Shown here piece by piece: positions 54,988 to 64,000 of a stretch of DNA of 64,000 nucleotides (its first letter is position 1; the number at the start of each line of letters is the position of its first letter). Both the position numbers and the translations under genes were made by a program. The notes under the pieces were generated by a model that saw only the letters and a program-made list of their open reading frames with translations, had not been told where the DNA came from and did no database searches. The stretch is from the IMG/VR virus record IMGVR_UViG_3300037424_000794, positions 6,494 to 70,493 of that record. One strand, given 5' to 3'. This DNA is from a virus. Lineage: Duplodnaviria; Caudoviricetes.

Positions 54988-55987
54988 ATGTCCTCCTAAT
55001 TATATCCATATACTTTAAGTATATGGATGAGTCTCGACCAGGGTCTATTTTTCCACATCTTTTAGATACTATTTTCATAGAAGGTAATTTTTTGATCTTT
55101 TTCACGAATCCTTTAATACTGTTCGGAGAACTCATCATGCTATTAACAGGGCCATTTCGTGAAGTAACATCCAATTCAGAATTATATACGCAATATCCTG
55201 CAAGTAGAAATAAGCTAAGCCAGTCAGAACCGTCACCATTTATAGAATTTCTTATGTAAGAAGATTCTGAGTCTGTAAGGTATTTTTCTGAGTTTCCATT
55301 TCCGTACCCCGAGATGTTAAAATATCCACATAGATTCCCTGCTGCTCTTTTACTGGAAATATTTACAAGCTCATTTGCTAGAGAAACTCTGGTACTAATT
55401 TTACCAGAAACTATTTTCTCTACAATCACAGGCTCTCTTAGGATGGCAAGGATGGCTGAAATTGATACACTCAGCGCTGGCCCGTAAGGATTTTTCTTAC
55501 AATTTAGATAGATGGTTACATATCCATCGGAATTTTTATCAACTTTATTTCCGTTTTTATCTCTGAAATAATGCAACCCTCCCCCGAACATTTTATTAAT
55601 ATCTTTTTCAGTGGCTATCCCATAACTAATTTCTAGACTAATGTCGAACACTTTCTTGAATAATCTCTCCAAAGTCTTGCCTACTACATCTTCCATAGAC
55701 TTTTCTGAATATTCTGTAAGAATTCGTGCAACCGTACTATACTGTTGTCCAGTGGATTGTATTCCCATAGTACAGTCAGAATCGTCTGAGAAAATACTCT
55801 TTAGCTCTCTGACTCTGTAATGTACAGATTCTCTACAGGTATGATTTGCTTGGTATCTTGGAACCTTCGTATATTTAGAAAAAGACTCTGTAGATGATAC
55901 AATATCCACAAGGGTCTTGGGGAATATACCTAGAGGCATCTTTTTTTGCTCCGGCCCTCTCATCACTATAATATTATAGCTATGCAT
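54971..55987 (-). CDS. Unknown protein of the ligase cluster (paralog 2)
   Basis: ISAILAILRE...NGP. Confidence 0.5.
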   Translation of the reverse strand: MHSYNIIVMRGPEQKKMPLGIFPKTLVDIVSSTESFSKYTKVPRYQANHTCRESVHYRVRELKSIFSDDSDCTMGIQSTGQQYSTVARILTEYSEKSMEDVVGKTLERLFKKVFDISLEISYGIATEKDINKMFGGGLHYFRDKNGNKVDKNSDGYVTIYLNCKKNPYGPALSVSISAILAILREPVIVEKIVSGKISTRVSLANELVNISSKRAAGNLCGYFNISGYGNGNSEKYLTDSESSYIRNSINGDGSDWLSLFLLAGYCVYNSELDVTSRNGPVNSMMSSPNSIKGFVKKIKKLPSMKIVSKRCGKIDPGRDSSIYLKYMDIIRRTYEEIS

Positions 55988-55991
55988 CGTA

Positions 55992-56828
55992 CTATTTCTC
56001 CTTCCTATTTCTTATCAAATCTACAACAGAGTCAAACGCCTCCAAAAAATGTGCTGGAGTACTATTTCTGTTTTCTTCTAGACCTTTTCTATCTGGAAAT
56101 TTTGCTAAATAAATGTCTTTTATGTAAGAAATAAATTTATTTATTGGAATTCCACAAAAGGCGGCTGTGGTTGGCCCGCTTGCCTCGCTCACAGTGAAAA
56201 ATCTTCTATTTAGTAGGGTGTAGCAGAACATAGATAATGCTACTGGATGATTAGAGCCATCACCTAATTCTGGATGCTCTAGAAATTCATTCTGAAGAAA
56301 ACTAATCAGAGTATCGATATGGTATGATGTTTCCGTAAAATTTTCTAGTATTTTATCTAATAAATCACCGTTTCTCATTATATATAGCAGTAAAGAGATT
56401 ACCCACAAATCAATAAATATTGCTGAGTAATTTGCTTTGTATTGTAGAACAGCTACTTCATCTATTAATTCTATGCGAATGCTGCTAAGATCACGATTAA
56501 GGAATTTACCAAGTGAGTCTACGGCCAGTTTTCCACTATTCTCTGCTTTTATGAACACCATTGGTCTGACAAATTTCGTAGAAAATGGTATAAACTTTCT
56601 AACAAAGCTTTTTATGCTTCCTATCAGCTCTTCTCTACAGAAAATATTTGATGTGTTGTTGTATAAGACATATCGCGTATCTCCTGACTGCAAAGCTTTA
56701 TTGAATTGTTCATCAGAATTAGTAAAGACACTGGTGATTTCTTTGTCTTTAAGAATCTTGACAAATTCGTCAGAGAATGTTATTGGTTCAGAATTCATGT
56801 TTGTAAAAACTACAAAATATCTGTACAT
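55992..56828 (-). CDS. Unknown protein of the ligase cluster (paralog 3)
   Basis: ISLLLYIMRNG...SGP. Confidence 0.5.
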   Translation of the reverse strand: MYRYFVVFTNMNSEPITFSDEFVKILKDKEITSVFTNSDEQFNKALQSGDTRYVLYNNTSNIFCREELIGSIKSFVRKFIPFSTKFVRPMVFIKAENSGKLAVDSLGKFLNRDLSSIRIELIDEVAVLQYKANYSAIFIDLWVISLLLYIMRNGDLLDKILENFTETSYHIDTLISFLQNEFLEHPELGDGSNHPVALSMFCYTLLNRRFFTVSEASGPTTAAFCGIPINKFISYIKDIYLAKFPDRKGLEENRNSTPAHFLEAFDSVVDLIRNRKEK

Positions 56829-57533
56829 TTATGCTCCATTGATAGTAAAAATCTCTGCTCGATACGTAGTAGTATATACATCTTTTACAGATTTTTTGGT
56901 AATACCCAGAATAGATTCATCGTCTCCATTCACCCAAGCACACAGGAGCTTTCCCACAGAACTTTTAAGTTCTCCTTCTGGAAAAAACTCAGGGTGAAAT
57001 TGGAAACATAGAAACTTATCTCCCCATATAATAGCTTCTATAACTCTCGTACTGGGTTCGGTGGCCAGCACCTTAACCGGAAGATGTTCTCCAATATACT
57101 GTATTCCTTGGTGATGCATGGAATTGACCACGGGAAGTAGCTGTGATAGTGCGGAGGATATTTTCCAGTGGATGTCGTGTATGGGTTTGTGTGTAACTCC
57201 ATACGATTCTCCAATGTCGAAAATTAGACTACCACCCATTCCGACATTAATAAGTTGAAGTCCTCTGCAAATTCCTAGTACTTTCTTCGTTTTCAGTTTG
57301 TTATTCACTATCGCTGAGAGTACAGAGAATTCCAGCTCATCTCTTTCAGTGGATGTCCAATCACTTTCTCTGTTGCTTCCGTACCTAAAAGGCTGAACAT
57401 CAGCACCACCAGAGAAAATAATTAAATCTGCATCAACTTCTGAGAAATCTTTTGGGAGAAGTTTTACTTCATGTGGGCGAAATAAATCTTTAGCAGAACC
57501 TATGTAGTCCTGTGTAACCTGATAAATTTCCAT
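56829..57533 (-). CDS. Class I glutamine amidotransferase / peptidase C26 (PuuD-like)
   Basis: SGGADV, GICRGLQ, NSMHHQG, QFHPE. Confidence 0.92.
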   Translation of the reverse strand: MEIYQVTQDYIGSAKDLFRPHEVKLLPKDFSEVDADLIIFSGGADVQPFRYGSNRESDWTSTERDELEFSVLSAIVNNKLKTKKVLGICRGLQLINVGMGGSLIFDIGESYGVTHKPIHDIHWKISSALSQLLPVVNSMHHQGIQYIGEHLPVKVLATEPSTRVIEAIIWGDKFLCFQFHPEFFPEGELKSSVGKLLCAWVNGDDESILGITKKSVKDVYTTTYRAEIFTINGA

Positions 57534-57542
57534 AGAGTCTCC

Positions 57543-58454
57543 TTAGAGCCTATTTTCAATATGAGCCAGTAATTGCTTTGCCAGCTTTTTATCAGCAGAT
57601 AGAATAGCTTCAATCGCAGGTTCCATGATTTCCTTGTCTAACTCGGCAGCAAGTTTTGTGCCCAGTAATTCTTTGATACCAATCTCTGCCCACTTCAGGA
57701 ATTCTTTGGCAACCTTCCAATTTCCTGCCCATGTACAAGACGGAGTTCTATACTCAATTCCTATGGCATAATCTTTTCCAAAGGGGTTATCGATGCCGTA
57801 GTTCTGGACACGGAATTTCCCCGGTCTTCCATACAAAAGAGTTCTGTCACGTTCCAGATCAGCTACTGGAGAATTTGCAATGGCCGCCAGTCCCGCAGTT
57901 AATGCCATACACCTAATGGCAGAGTGGGGGTCTTTTGCAATATTCTCGTTACCAGACATGTGCAAATGTCCTCCAGCATACCTATATGGGTGCTTGCTGG
58001 CATCCATCACCATGCATTGTGCGGAAAGATTAAACACATCCTCGTCCGGATCACATCCGAACATAGTACTCATAAAAAAGTCTTCCTCCATCTCTTTCCA
58101 GCGTTCTACATCGAATCCTATTGTAGGAACGAACTGGAGAGATGGCAGACAATACTCTGGAAATGACGAGAGAATCTGTTGATTTACTGCTTTAGCAGCC
58201 TCCTGGATTCTTTCAAAAAGCTCTTTTGGATCAAAGGATGGACGAATTGCAAATTCAAATGCAGCGCCGTCTTCGTGAGCTTTGAAATATTCTCCAGTAA
58301 GAAATACTGGATGCCGATCATCATCAGATGCATGAACTTGCAAAATCTTCCTGAAAAAATAGGGAGGAAGCGTATATAACTTATCGTTTTTTAGGTACCC
58401 AGCAAAGCACTCTGGGTCTGTCCCGAATAAAATTCTAGACTTTTTCTTAGCCAT
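57543..58454 (-). CDS. phiEco32-like COOH-NH2 ligase (type 2)
   Basis: GTDPE, EDGAAFE, FGCDPD, GGHLH, YGRPGKFR, GIEYRTPS. Confidence 0.92.
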   Translation of the reverse strand: MAKKKSRILFGTDPECFAGYLKNDKLYTLPPYFFRKILQVHASDDDRHPVFLTGEYFKAHEDGAAFEFAIRPSFDPKELFERIQEAAKAVNQQILSSFPEYCLPSLQFVPTIGFDVERWKEMEEDFFMSTMFGCDPDEDVFNLSAQCMVMDASKHPYRYAGGHLHMSGNENIAKDPHSAIRCMALTAGLAAIANSPVADLERDRTLLYGRPGKFRVQNYGIDNPFGKDYAIGIEYRTPSCTWAGNWKVAKEFLKWAEIGIKELLGTKLAAELDKEIMEPAIEAILSADKKLAKQLLAHIENRL

Positions 58455-58467
58455 GGGGTTTTCCTTT

Positions 58468-58896
58468 CTAAAATAGAATTTTCTTCTTGAAGACGGATGA
58501 TAGAGGTTTTGTTTCTATGCCGCCGTTTTTTATTGATAGGTATTTACTAATATTTTTTATTTTATCGTTTGGTTCTTTTTCTCCAGACAACATCGACCTA
58601 CATTCTTCGCACAGAATATTTATCTGATGACTAGTATGACAATCCTTTACAGGATTATATTTGTCACAGATAGAGCACTGCACATTTATTTCCTCAGCAT
58701 TAGTTACAGATTGTGAACACATTTCGCAGTAGAACGTTGGTGTTATTTTACTGCGTGCTTGTAATTCCAGAACTCCCACCACGATACCGTTAGGAGAAAT
58801 ACCCAGGGATGGTGTTTTTAGTGTAAACCCGGTGCTCATGTCTAAATGTAGAATTCCTTTACACTCTTTTCCATGTAAAAATGTAGCATTAGCCAT
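58468..58896 (-). CDS. Cys-rich Zn-binding protein
   Basis: CEMC, CSIC, CEEC. Confidence 0.55.
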   Translation of the reverse strand: MANATFLHGKECKGILHLDMSTGFTLKTPSLGISPNGIVVGVLELQARSKITPTFYCEMCSQSVTNAEEINVQCSICDKYNPVKDCHTSHQINILCEECRSMLSGEKEPNDKIKNISKYLSIKNGGIETKPLSSVFKKKILF

Positions 58897-58906
58897 GTTT
58901 TCTCCT

Positions 58907-59989
58907 TTAGTTTATATAGGGCTTAGTAGCAACTTTTTTTGGGTATGAGTTTTCATCTATGCAGATATTAAAAAACTCATCTGGCTCTCCGAAAGTAACT
59001 TCAGGATCGAAACCTTCGTCAGTAGGAATAAGATGAACCAGCCCATTATATATACACATTTTCTTAGCAACTCCTGACATATCCTGTACTACATTTATGA
59101 TTTCGTAAGTTATGGGTAAAAGTGCTATAACCCTTCCTATTCCAACCTCAAATATATCAGAAAGATTTACCTCGCCCATTACTAGCGCAGATTGCTCGAT
59201 TATATGTTCCAGCTGCTCGCTTGGGGGTTTTCCATATAGTTCATCTACATTATCATCCGACTCATCTACAGGCAATTCGTTGTAAGACATTCCCCCAGTT
59301 CCCACAGTTAAATTATTAGGACATGAGTCTACAAATTTATCAAATTCTGTGCTGGAATTCGATGTAGCTACGTCATTTAATCCAGTGGTAGGGAAGTTTA
59401 GAGTATTAACCTGTAAATCTGGGAAAGAAACTTCTTTGTTTCTCTTTGAGAGTAATAAAGAATACACAAGCTTTTTTCCAAGAGCTGTAGGAGAAGAAAT
59501 ACAACTCATGATACTTGTAGAAGAATCACAAAATATAGAGAGAATTTCCGGCCTTTGCTGTCTGTGCTGCGTCGAGTAGTAATAAACGTTAGGAAATCCT
59601 CCATCTTCAAATTTAGTACCAGCAAAAATAAATAATTCATCCTTGATGGGACTTTCTGGATAATAATTTTTGAAATCACCAGTAGTTATTGCTCGGACAC
59701 CATCCTTTAGATATACTAGTACTGTGTCACCTGCTCCTTCTTTACGACTATCTGCAAAAATTTTTTTCAAGTCTTCTTCATTCTTTTCTACATGAGGAAG
59801 AATTTCCGGTGTGTGGGGGAATATAGTCCATACAAGATTTCCATCTTGCATACATATTTCACTTACATAATTTGCATCCCCGCTGAAGAATTTTATTGTG
59901 CCAGAAGTTTTAAATGAATCTGACCAGGATGACAAGCACCGCAAAAGTTTGTGGTCTGCCCATCCGGTTTTTTGCTCATTGATTACCAT
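58907..59989 (-). CDS. Hypothetical protein
   Basis: ORF with AAGGAG RBS. Confidence 0.5.
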   Translation of the reverse strand: MVINEQKTGWADHKLLRCLSSWSDSFKTSGTIKFFSGDANYVSEICMQDGNLVWTIFPHTPEILPHVEKNEEDLKKIFADSRKEGAGDTVLVYLKDGVRAITTGDFKNYYPESPIKDELFIFAGTKFEDGGFPNVYYYSTQHRQQRPEILSIFCDSSTSIMSCISSPTALGKKLVYSLLLSKRNKEVSFPDLQVNTLNFPTTGLNDVATSNSSTEFDKFVDSCPNNLTVGTGGMSYNELPVDESDDNVDELYGKPPSEQLEHIIEQSALVMGEVNLSDIFEVGIGRVIALLPITYEIINVVQDMSGVAKKMCIYNGLVHLIPTDEGFDPEVTFGEPDEFFNICIDENSYPKKVATKPYIN

Positions 59990-60764
59990 ATATTAGTGTC
60001 CTTCCTTTTGAAGTAATATTTATCAGAGCCTTTCTTAGTAAAATAGGCTCTACTTGATTTTTTAGAGTATCCTCATCGACGTGTAGAATACTTCTTAGCA
60101 TAGAAATGCTGGCATTTCCTCCGACATCTGACAGAACCTCCAAATATCTTCTACATAGGGTATCTAGTCCATCTTTTATTCTGAAGACTTCTTCTAGCAG
60201 CTTCTCGAAATCAACGGTATTGGGATTCACAGTAGGATTTTCTCTGAAATAAGTAGAAATCCTATCCACCAGGGACTTGATAATTCTTGGATTTCTATTA
60301 CCAGATTCTATTATATGCATGAAAGCATCCTCTGCTGCACTAAATTCCGCAGATTCCATAGCTATCAGGAGCAACTCATCTGTAGAATAATCATCAAAGA
60401 TGAACTCAAAGCATCTATTGACCAGAGCTTCGGGAAGATTTCCATCTTTATTAGTAGCCAGAACAAATACATGTGATTTGTTATCCAGATGCGGATATAG
60501 AATCTCAAAATCTCTCATCTTGTGTATTTCGTCGATAAAAATCACACGTTTTACAAACCTGAATTCAGTCCAATCTCCCAGATAAAACTCGAAGTTTTTT
60601 TCCGGCACAGAAAGATACTTACAAATGGACATTGCCATAGTAGTTTTTCCGTAGCCGCTAGGCCCGCGCAGCAGAACATTTGCCCCCCTTTCTGTATTCT
60701 TATATAAATCTGGCAGAATGAACCTAAGCTGGTTCATTATATGTGTTTGTCCAATAAATTTCAT
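59976..60764 (-). CDS. RuvB-like AAA+ ATPase
   Basis: FIGQ, GPSGYGKTT, FIDEIH, ATN, AL.NR, PR sensor, winged-helix EP.LL...ITSKGR. Confidence 0.85.
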   Translation of the reverse strand: MKFIGQTHIMNQLRFILPDLYKNTERGANVLLRGPSGYGKTTMAMSICKYLSVPEKNFEFYLGDWTEFRFVKRVIFIDEIHKMRDFEILYPHLDNKSHVFVLATNKDGNLPEALVNRCFEFIFDDYSTDELLLIAMESAEFSAAEDAFMHIIESGNRNPRIIKSLVDRISTYFRENPTVNPNTVDFEKLLEEVFRIKDGLDTLCRRYLEVLSDVGGNASISMLRSILHVDEDTLKNQVEPILLRKALINITSKGRTLIYGNQ

Positions 60765-61993
60765 TTCGCCTTTTTAGCTTCTAGTTCCTCAACAAAAGCT
60801 ATCTGCACAGTTTTTGGATTGAACATCCAAGGATATTCCATACCCTTTTTGTATTGATAGTGCATCATATGGTACTGTCCTAGTACTTTTCTGAGTCTTT
60901 TCCTGATTTCCTTATTGGTTTTGCTGTCAATTCTGGGAATCACTACTTTGATGAAATGTTGTAGCATGGGTTTGGTAACCTCCAGCAAAGAAGCTGAGTA
61001 CACTCTTGCAAAAATGAATTGCAAGTCCTCAACCGATAAGGAATTTCCTCTTAAAAAATCGTAAATCCTAGCGAATAATTTGGCAGTATCTTTGTCAATC
61101 TCCCCAGTATCCGCCGTAGTATTCTTTTTCGTAGGGTTTTGTACCCCAGTATTTCCTCTCTGCCAGTTATTATAGTTGTAGGAAGTTGCAACCGTATTCT
61201 CTTTAATTTCTCCTACTTCTACCAGGTCAGTTTTGTCTGCTTTGAATATTGTCTCGCCTTCCAACAGAGCAGGTATAGAAAAATCCAGAGGTTTCTTACC
61301 GTCAAGTTGCTGAAGATTGGATAGTAACAGCATGCTTCTATCTAGAATTTCCTTACTAGTATTAATAGCCCATCCTACAGTTTTTTCTTCCTTCTGGCTT
61401 CTGTCGATAAGATATGATATATACAAATCAGCGGTTTTTCCTCTTGCAATATAGTATGTATTATTAATCACGAATACAAAAGCAAACTTTCCTGTAAAAA
61501 GCTCCATAGTATCTTGAAGGGCCTTTACGAAGGAGTCCTCTCCCTTGTAGTGCTTCATGAATTCCTCGAAGAAAATAAGAGAGTCTGACCTGTTTACTTT
61601 AATTTCTTTCTTCTCTTTAGTCTTGGAGTCTATTTCTATTGCACTTTCCTCCATAACAAAACTCTTCTCATCTTTTGGAGACAATTTTCCGTTATGAACA
61701 AAGGAAATTCCTTTTTGTTTGAAGGGATGAGAATTTGATTTACTTACGGGAACTTTTGGACTTGCCTGCCTGATATGTCCAAGCAGAGGAGTTTTACCGA
61801 AATCAAATTCTCTAAGAATTTCTCCAGAATCTGATGTTACGAACATGGGAAGAGAGCATTTCCAAATATCCCCGGAGGAATTCGAGATTCCCCACCCATC
61901 ATTATGTATGGGACTGCCTCCATGACCCATTATTAGAAACAACTTCTTATTTAAATTCTGGTCTCCCAGATTGCACAAACTTATTTGGCACAT
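60761..61993 (-). CDS. Class II (Ntn) glutamine amidotransferase
   Basis: N-terminal Cys (MCQI), DGWG, GHIRQAS, SHPF, HNG, SDS. Confidence 0.92.
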   Translation of the reverse strand: MCQISLCNLGDQNLNKKLFLIMGHGGSPIHNDGWGISNSSGDIWKCSLPMFVTSDSGEILREFDFGKTPLLGHIRQASPKVPVSKSNSHPFKQKGISFVHNGKLSPKDEKSFVMEESAIEIDSKTKEKKEIKVNRSDSLIFFEEFMKHYKGEDSFVKALQDTMELFTGKFAFVFVINNTYYIARGKTADLYISYLIDRSQKEEKTVGWAINTSKEILDRSMLLLSNLQQLDGKKPLDFSIPALLEGETIFKADKTDLVEVGEIKENTVATSYNYNNWQRGNTGVQNPTKKNTTADTGEIDKDTAKLFARIYDFLRGNSLSVEDLQFIFARVYSASLLEVTKPMLQHFIKVVIPRIDSKTNKEIRKRLRKVLGQYHMMHYQYKKGMEYPWMFNPKTVQIAFVEELEAKKAK

Positions 61994-62006
61994 AAAGTGT
62001 CTCCTC

Positions 62007-63269
62007 TCAAGAAAATATACTCACAACTTTTTTGGAAATATTGTGAATATCTGTATGTTGCGGATTTAAATAGTCAGAAACAGAAAGCAAGTTCCCCAAT
62101 GAAGCAATCTTTTCTGGAAGATAAAATTGCTGTATGTGGGTTTTTACCGGAGTTTCAGGAATTGATTTAAAAGAAGATTTCTCTATGGTTTCCAATATCA
62201 GAGAAATTTCGTTATCAGTAGGAATATTCTCTATTCCCTTGTCGTAGCAAATGGCCATGATTCTGGCAACTATATCTCTAGAATCAGCAACAGAGATTTC
62301 TTCATTGCTATTTATAATATCAAACTGATGAATTTCATTTTTACTAAGTAGAGTGGACATCTCCACAATACCCCTAAGAAATTTACCAATTGATACAATG
62401 AGAGGAGCATCCAGGCTTTGATTTGTATGTCGAAATTCAATGGTTCCGTGAGAATACATTGCGAAGAAGTTCGTTCCGGAATATCTGCTAGGTAGATATT
62501 TATTGTTTGCTCCAGTATAATCTACCCCAAAGCTGGCCCAGAATTGTTCTATGTATTCTGCATCTAGTGCAGCTCTGGGATTAATAATTCTTACCAGTTG
62601 CTTTTTGGTTTTATTTTTTGTGGCATCTTCCAGCTCGTTTTCTTCGTTCATCTCAATTTCATTTTCCTCCTCACGAATTCTGTTTAAATCTCTGATTGTT
62701 AGTCCCCTGCTTATCTCTACAGCAGCAGAATTCAGAAGAGGTCTGGCATATGCTGATAGATTACTTTCTCCACGAAATACGTCCCCCATTCCTCCCAGCC
62801 TGTATAAAACAGGCTCCAGCATCAAGGAAACTCTGAGAATATTTTTCAATAGTCTCAGATTATTCACAAATCCTACGTGAAAATGAATAGATGCTCTTTT
62901 TGAAGTAAAATCTCCATTATTTCTCAGAACCTGCATCAAAGGATATACGACTCTATCAAATTTTTTTATTTCTATGGGACTGGAATACAGTTCAAATCCC
63001 ATAGTTACAGTATTTCCACCGGCTCCATATAATCTTTTTGCACATGGAGTATGGGAAGAAACCAGCAGATATTGTCCGTTACTAGCTCGTATGTTTTCTG
63101 CCAGGAACTCCGTACTAGCGTCTCTGGTTATATTGATACATTTTGCTAATTCTCCAGCAATAGGATTAAAATATTCTGCTAGAACATTCTTTATTTTCTG
63201 TTGGTACATAGAAGTACTTTCGTACTCTATGCCTATTGTGTCTAAATACTGTCCATAGAAATTTCCCAT
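62007..63269 (-). CDS. Amidoligase (glutamine synthetase-like fold)
   Basis: GIEYE, RDAS, GFELYS, SIHFHVG, RY...N, TIEFRH. Confidence 0.9.
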   Translation of the reverse strand: MGNFYGQYLDTIGIEYESTSMYQQKIKNVLAEYFNPIAGELAKCINITRDASTEFLAENIRASNGQYLLVSSHTPCAKRLYGAGGNTVTMGFELYSSPIEIKKFDRVVYPLMQVLRNNGDFTSKRASIHFHVGFVNNLRLLKNILRVSLMLEPVLYRLGGMGDVFRGESNLSAYARPLLNSAAVEISRGLTIRDLNRIREEENEIEMNEENELEDATKNKTKKQLVRIINPRAALDAEYIEQFWASFGVDYTGANNKYLPSRYSGTNFFAMYSHGTIEFRHTNQSLDAPLIVSIGKFLRGIVEMSTLLSKNEIHQFDIINSNEEISVADSRDIVARIMAICYDKGIENIPTDNEISLILETIEKSSFKSIPETPVKTHIQQFYLPEKIASLGNLLSVSDYLNPQHTDIHNISKKVVSIFS

Positions 63270-63274
63270 GAATT

Positions 63275-64000
63275 CTATCCTTTCAGCATTTCAGTATAGA
63301 AGATGGGAGTTCCATTCGCGGGAAAATGCTTGGGAAAATTGTGACGAATAAGCCAGTCAAAATAGGCTGCATACTTTCCCGCTGAGTACGGAACACCAAC
63401 ATCTGGATCAGTATTCAATTCACAAATTGCCATAGAATCATTATTAGCGTTATACATCACGTCTACGGCGGCATAATCTAATCCCAGAATTTCTGTAGCT
63501 CTCAGGGCTTCTCTGCAAACCATGGGATTAAATTCACTCCATGCTATTGCTCTCCAATGTCCAGCATTCACTGCCATATCAGACCAGATATTTCCCTTCT
63601 TGAATTCTTTTTCATTAATAAACGTGATTTTTCCGTGAGCAGTGTGCACACGAAATTCATGTGTCTTATTGAAAATCTCTGAAAAATACCAGTCAATGAT
63701 GCCCGTTCCTTTTTCTGAACGCAAAGCTCGAAGTTCTCTGATATTATTTAGTACATGGAAATTTCTTCCTCTTTCGTGATGTGACGGGCGAGCAATTAAA
63801 GGGAATTCTACATCTACGCCACCCAGAGATTCTGTGATAAGGTCGAAGAAATATGTTTTCGGAATCATAGCCTTTTTACCTTGCAAAATTTTTCGTGCTG
63901 TAGTTTTGTTAGAAGTTCTGGCCACAGCAGAGGGGATATTTAAATCGAAATAATTATCCTCCCTAAAAATATGATTCCCCCAGTTGATGATCCTGTTATC
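63275..64000 (-). CDS. ATP-grasp (RimK-like) ligase, 5'-truncated by the window edge
   Basis: Frame open to 64000 (DNRIINWG...); EFRVH, LGLDYAAVDV, ICELNTDP. Confidence 0.85.
   Translation of the reverse strand, partial: DNRIINWGNHIFREDNYFDLNIPSAVARTSNKTTARKILQGKKAMIPKTYFFDLITESLGGVDVEFPLIARPSHHERGRNFHVLNNIRELRALRSEKGTGIIDWYFSEIFNKTHEFRVHTAHGKITFINEKEFKKGNIWSDMAVNAGHWRAIAWSEFNPMVCREALRATEILGLDYAAVDVMYNANNDSMAICELNTDPDVGVPYSAGKYAAYFDWLIRHNFPKHFPANGTPIFYTEMLKG

Noticed and set aside
1-64000. Prophage/lysogeny module or host genes
   Set aside because: No integrase, att-like repeat, rRNA or host housekeeping operon in the window; lifestyle cannot be determined from this fragment.

Overview
This is a 64 kb piece of a large tailed dsDNA bacteriophage genome, probably long-tailed and using genetic code 11, with near-consensus sigma70 promoters. 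(1) 1-23.7 kb, minus strand: virion morphogenesis genes (tape measure, tail chaperones with a -1 frameshift site, tail tube, connectors, capsid, decoration, protease/scaffold, portal, TerL). An eight-gene sugar synthesis/transfer cluster is translationally coupled to them (Gmd, sugar C-methyltransferase, second methyltransferase, glycosyltransferases). A further GT4 and an SGNH esterase lie among the head genes. (2) 23.9-36.6 kb, minus strand: replication/recombination genes (PolA, RecA, SSB, DnaB, resolvase, nucleases, dNMP kinase, NADAR). (3) 37.4-42.9 kb, minus strand: 25 tRNA-type genes covering all 20 amino acids, none encoding CCA, with structured spacers and small ORFs between them. (4) 43.4-51.1 kb, plus strand: LmbU-like regulator, GT2, deaminase, SLOG, primase, nucleotidase, MazG, DNA methyltransferase. 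(5) 51.1-64 kb, minus strand: a phiEco32-type amidoligase/ATP-grasp/amidotransferase cluster containing a RuvB-like ATPase. The most unusual signals are two 76-nt tRNAs (anticodons UCU and UAU) with no D-arm and a D-loop-like GG element moved 3' of the anticodon arm, a tRNA with a Lys(UUU) anticodon on a long-variable-arm body, and the apparent virion-glycosylation pathway for a branched methyl sugar. All calls are by-eye motif recognition; no searches or folding programs were run.
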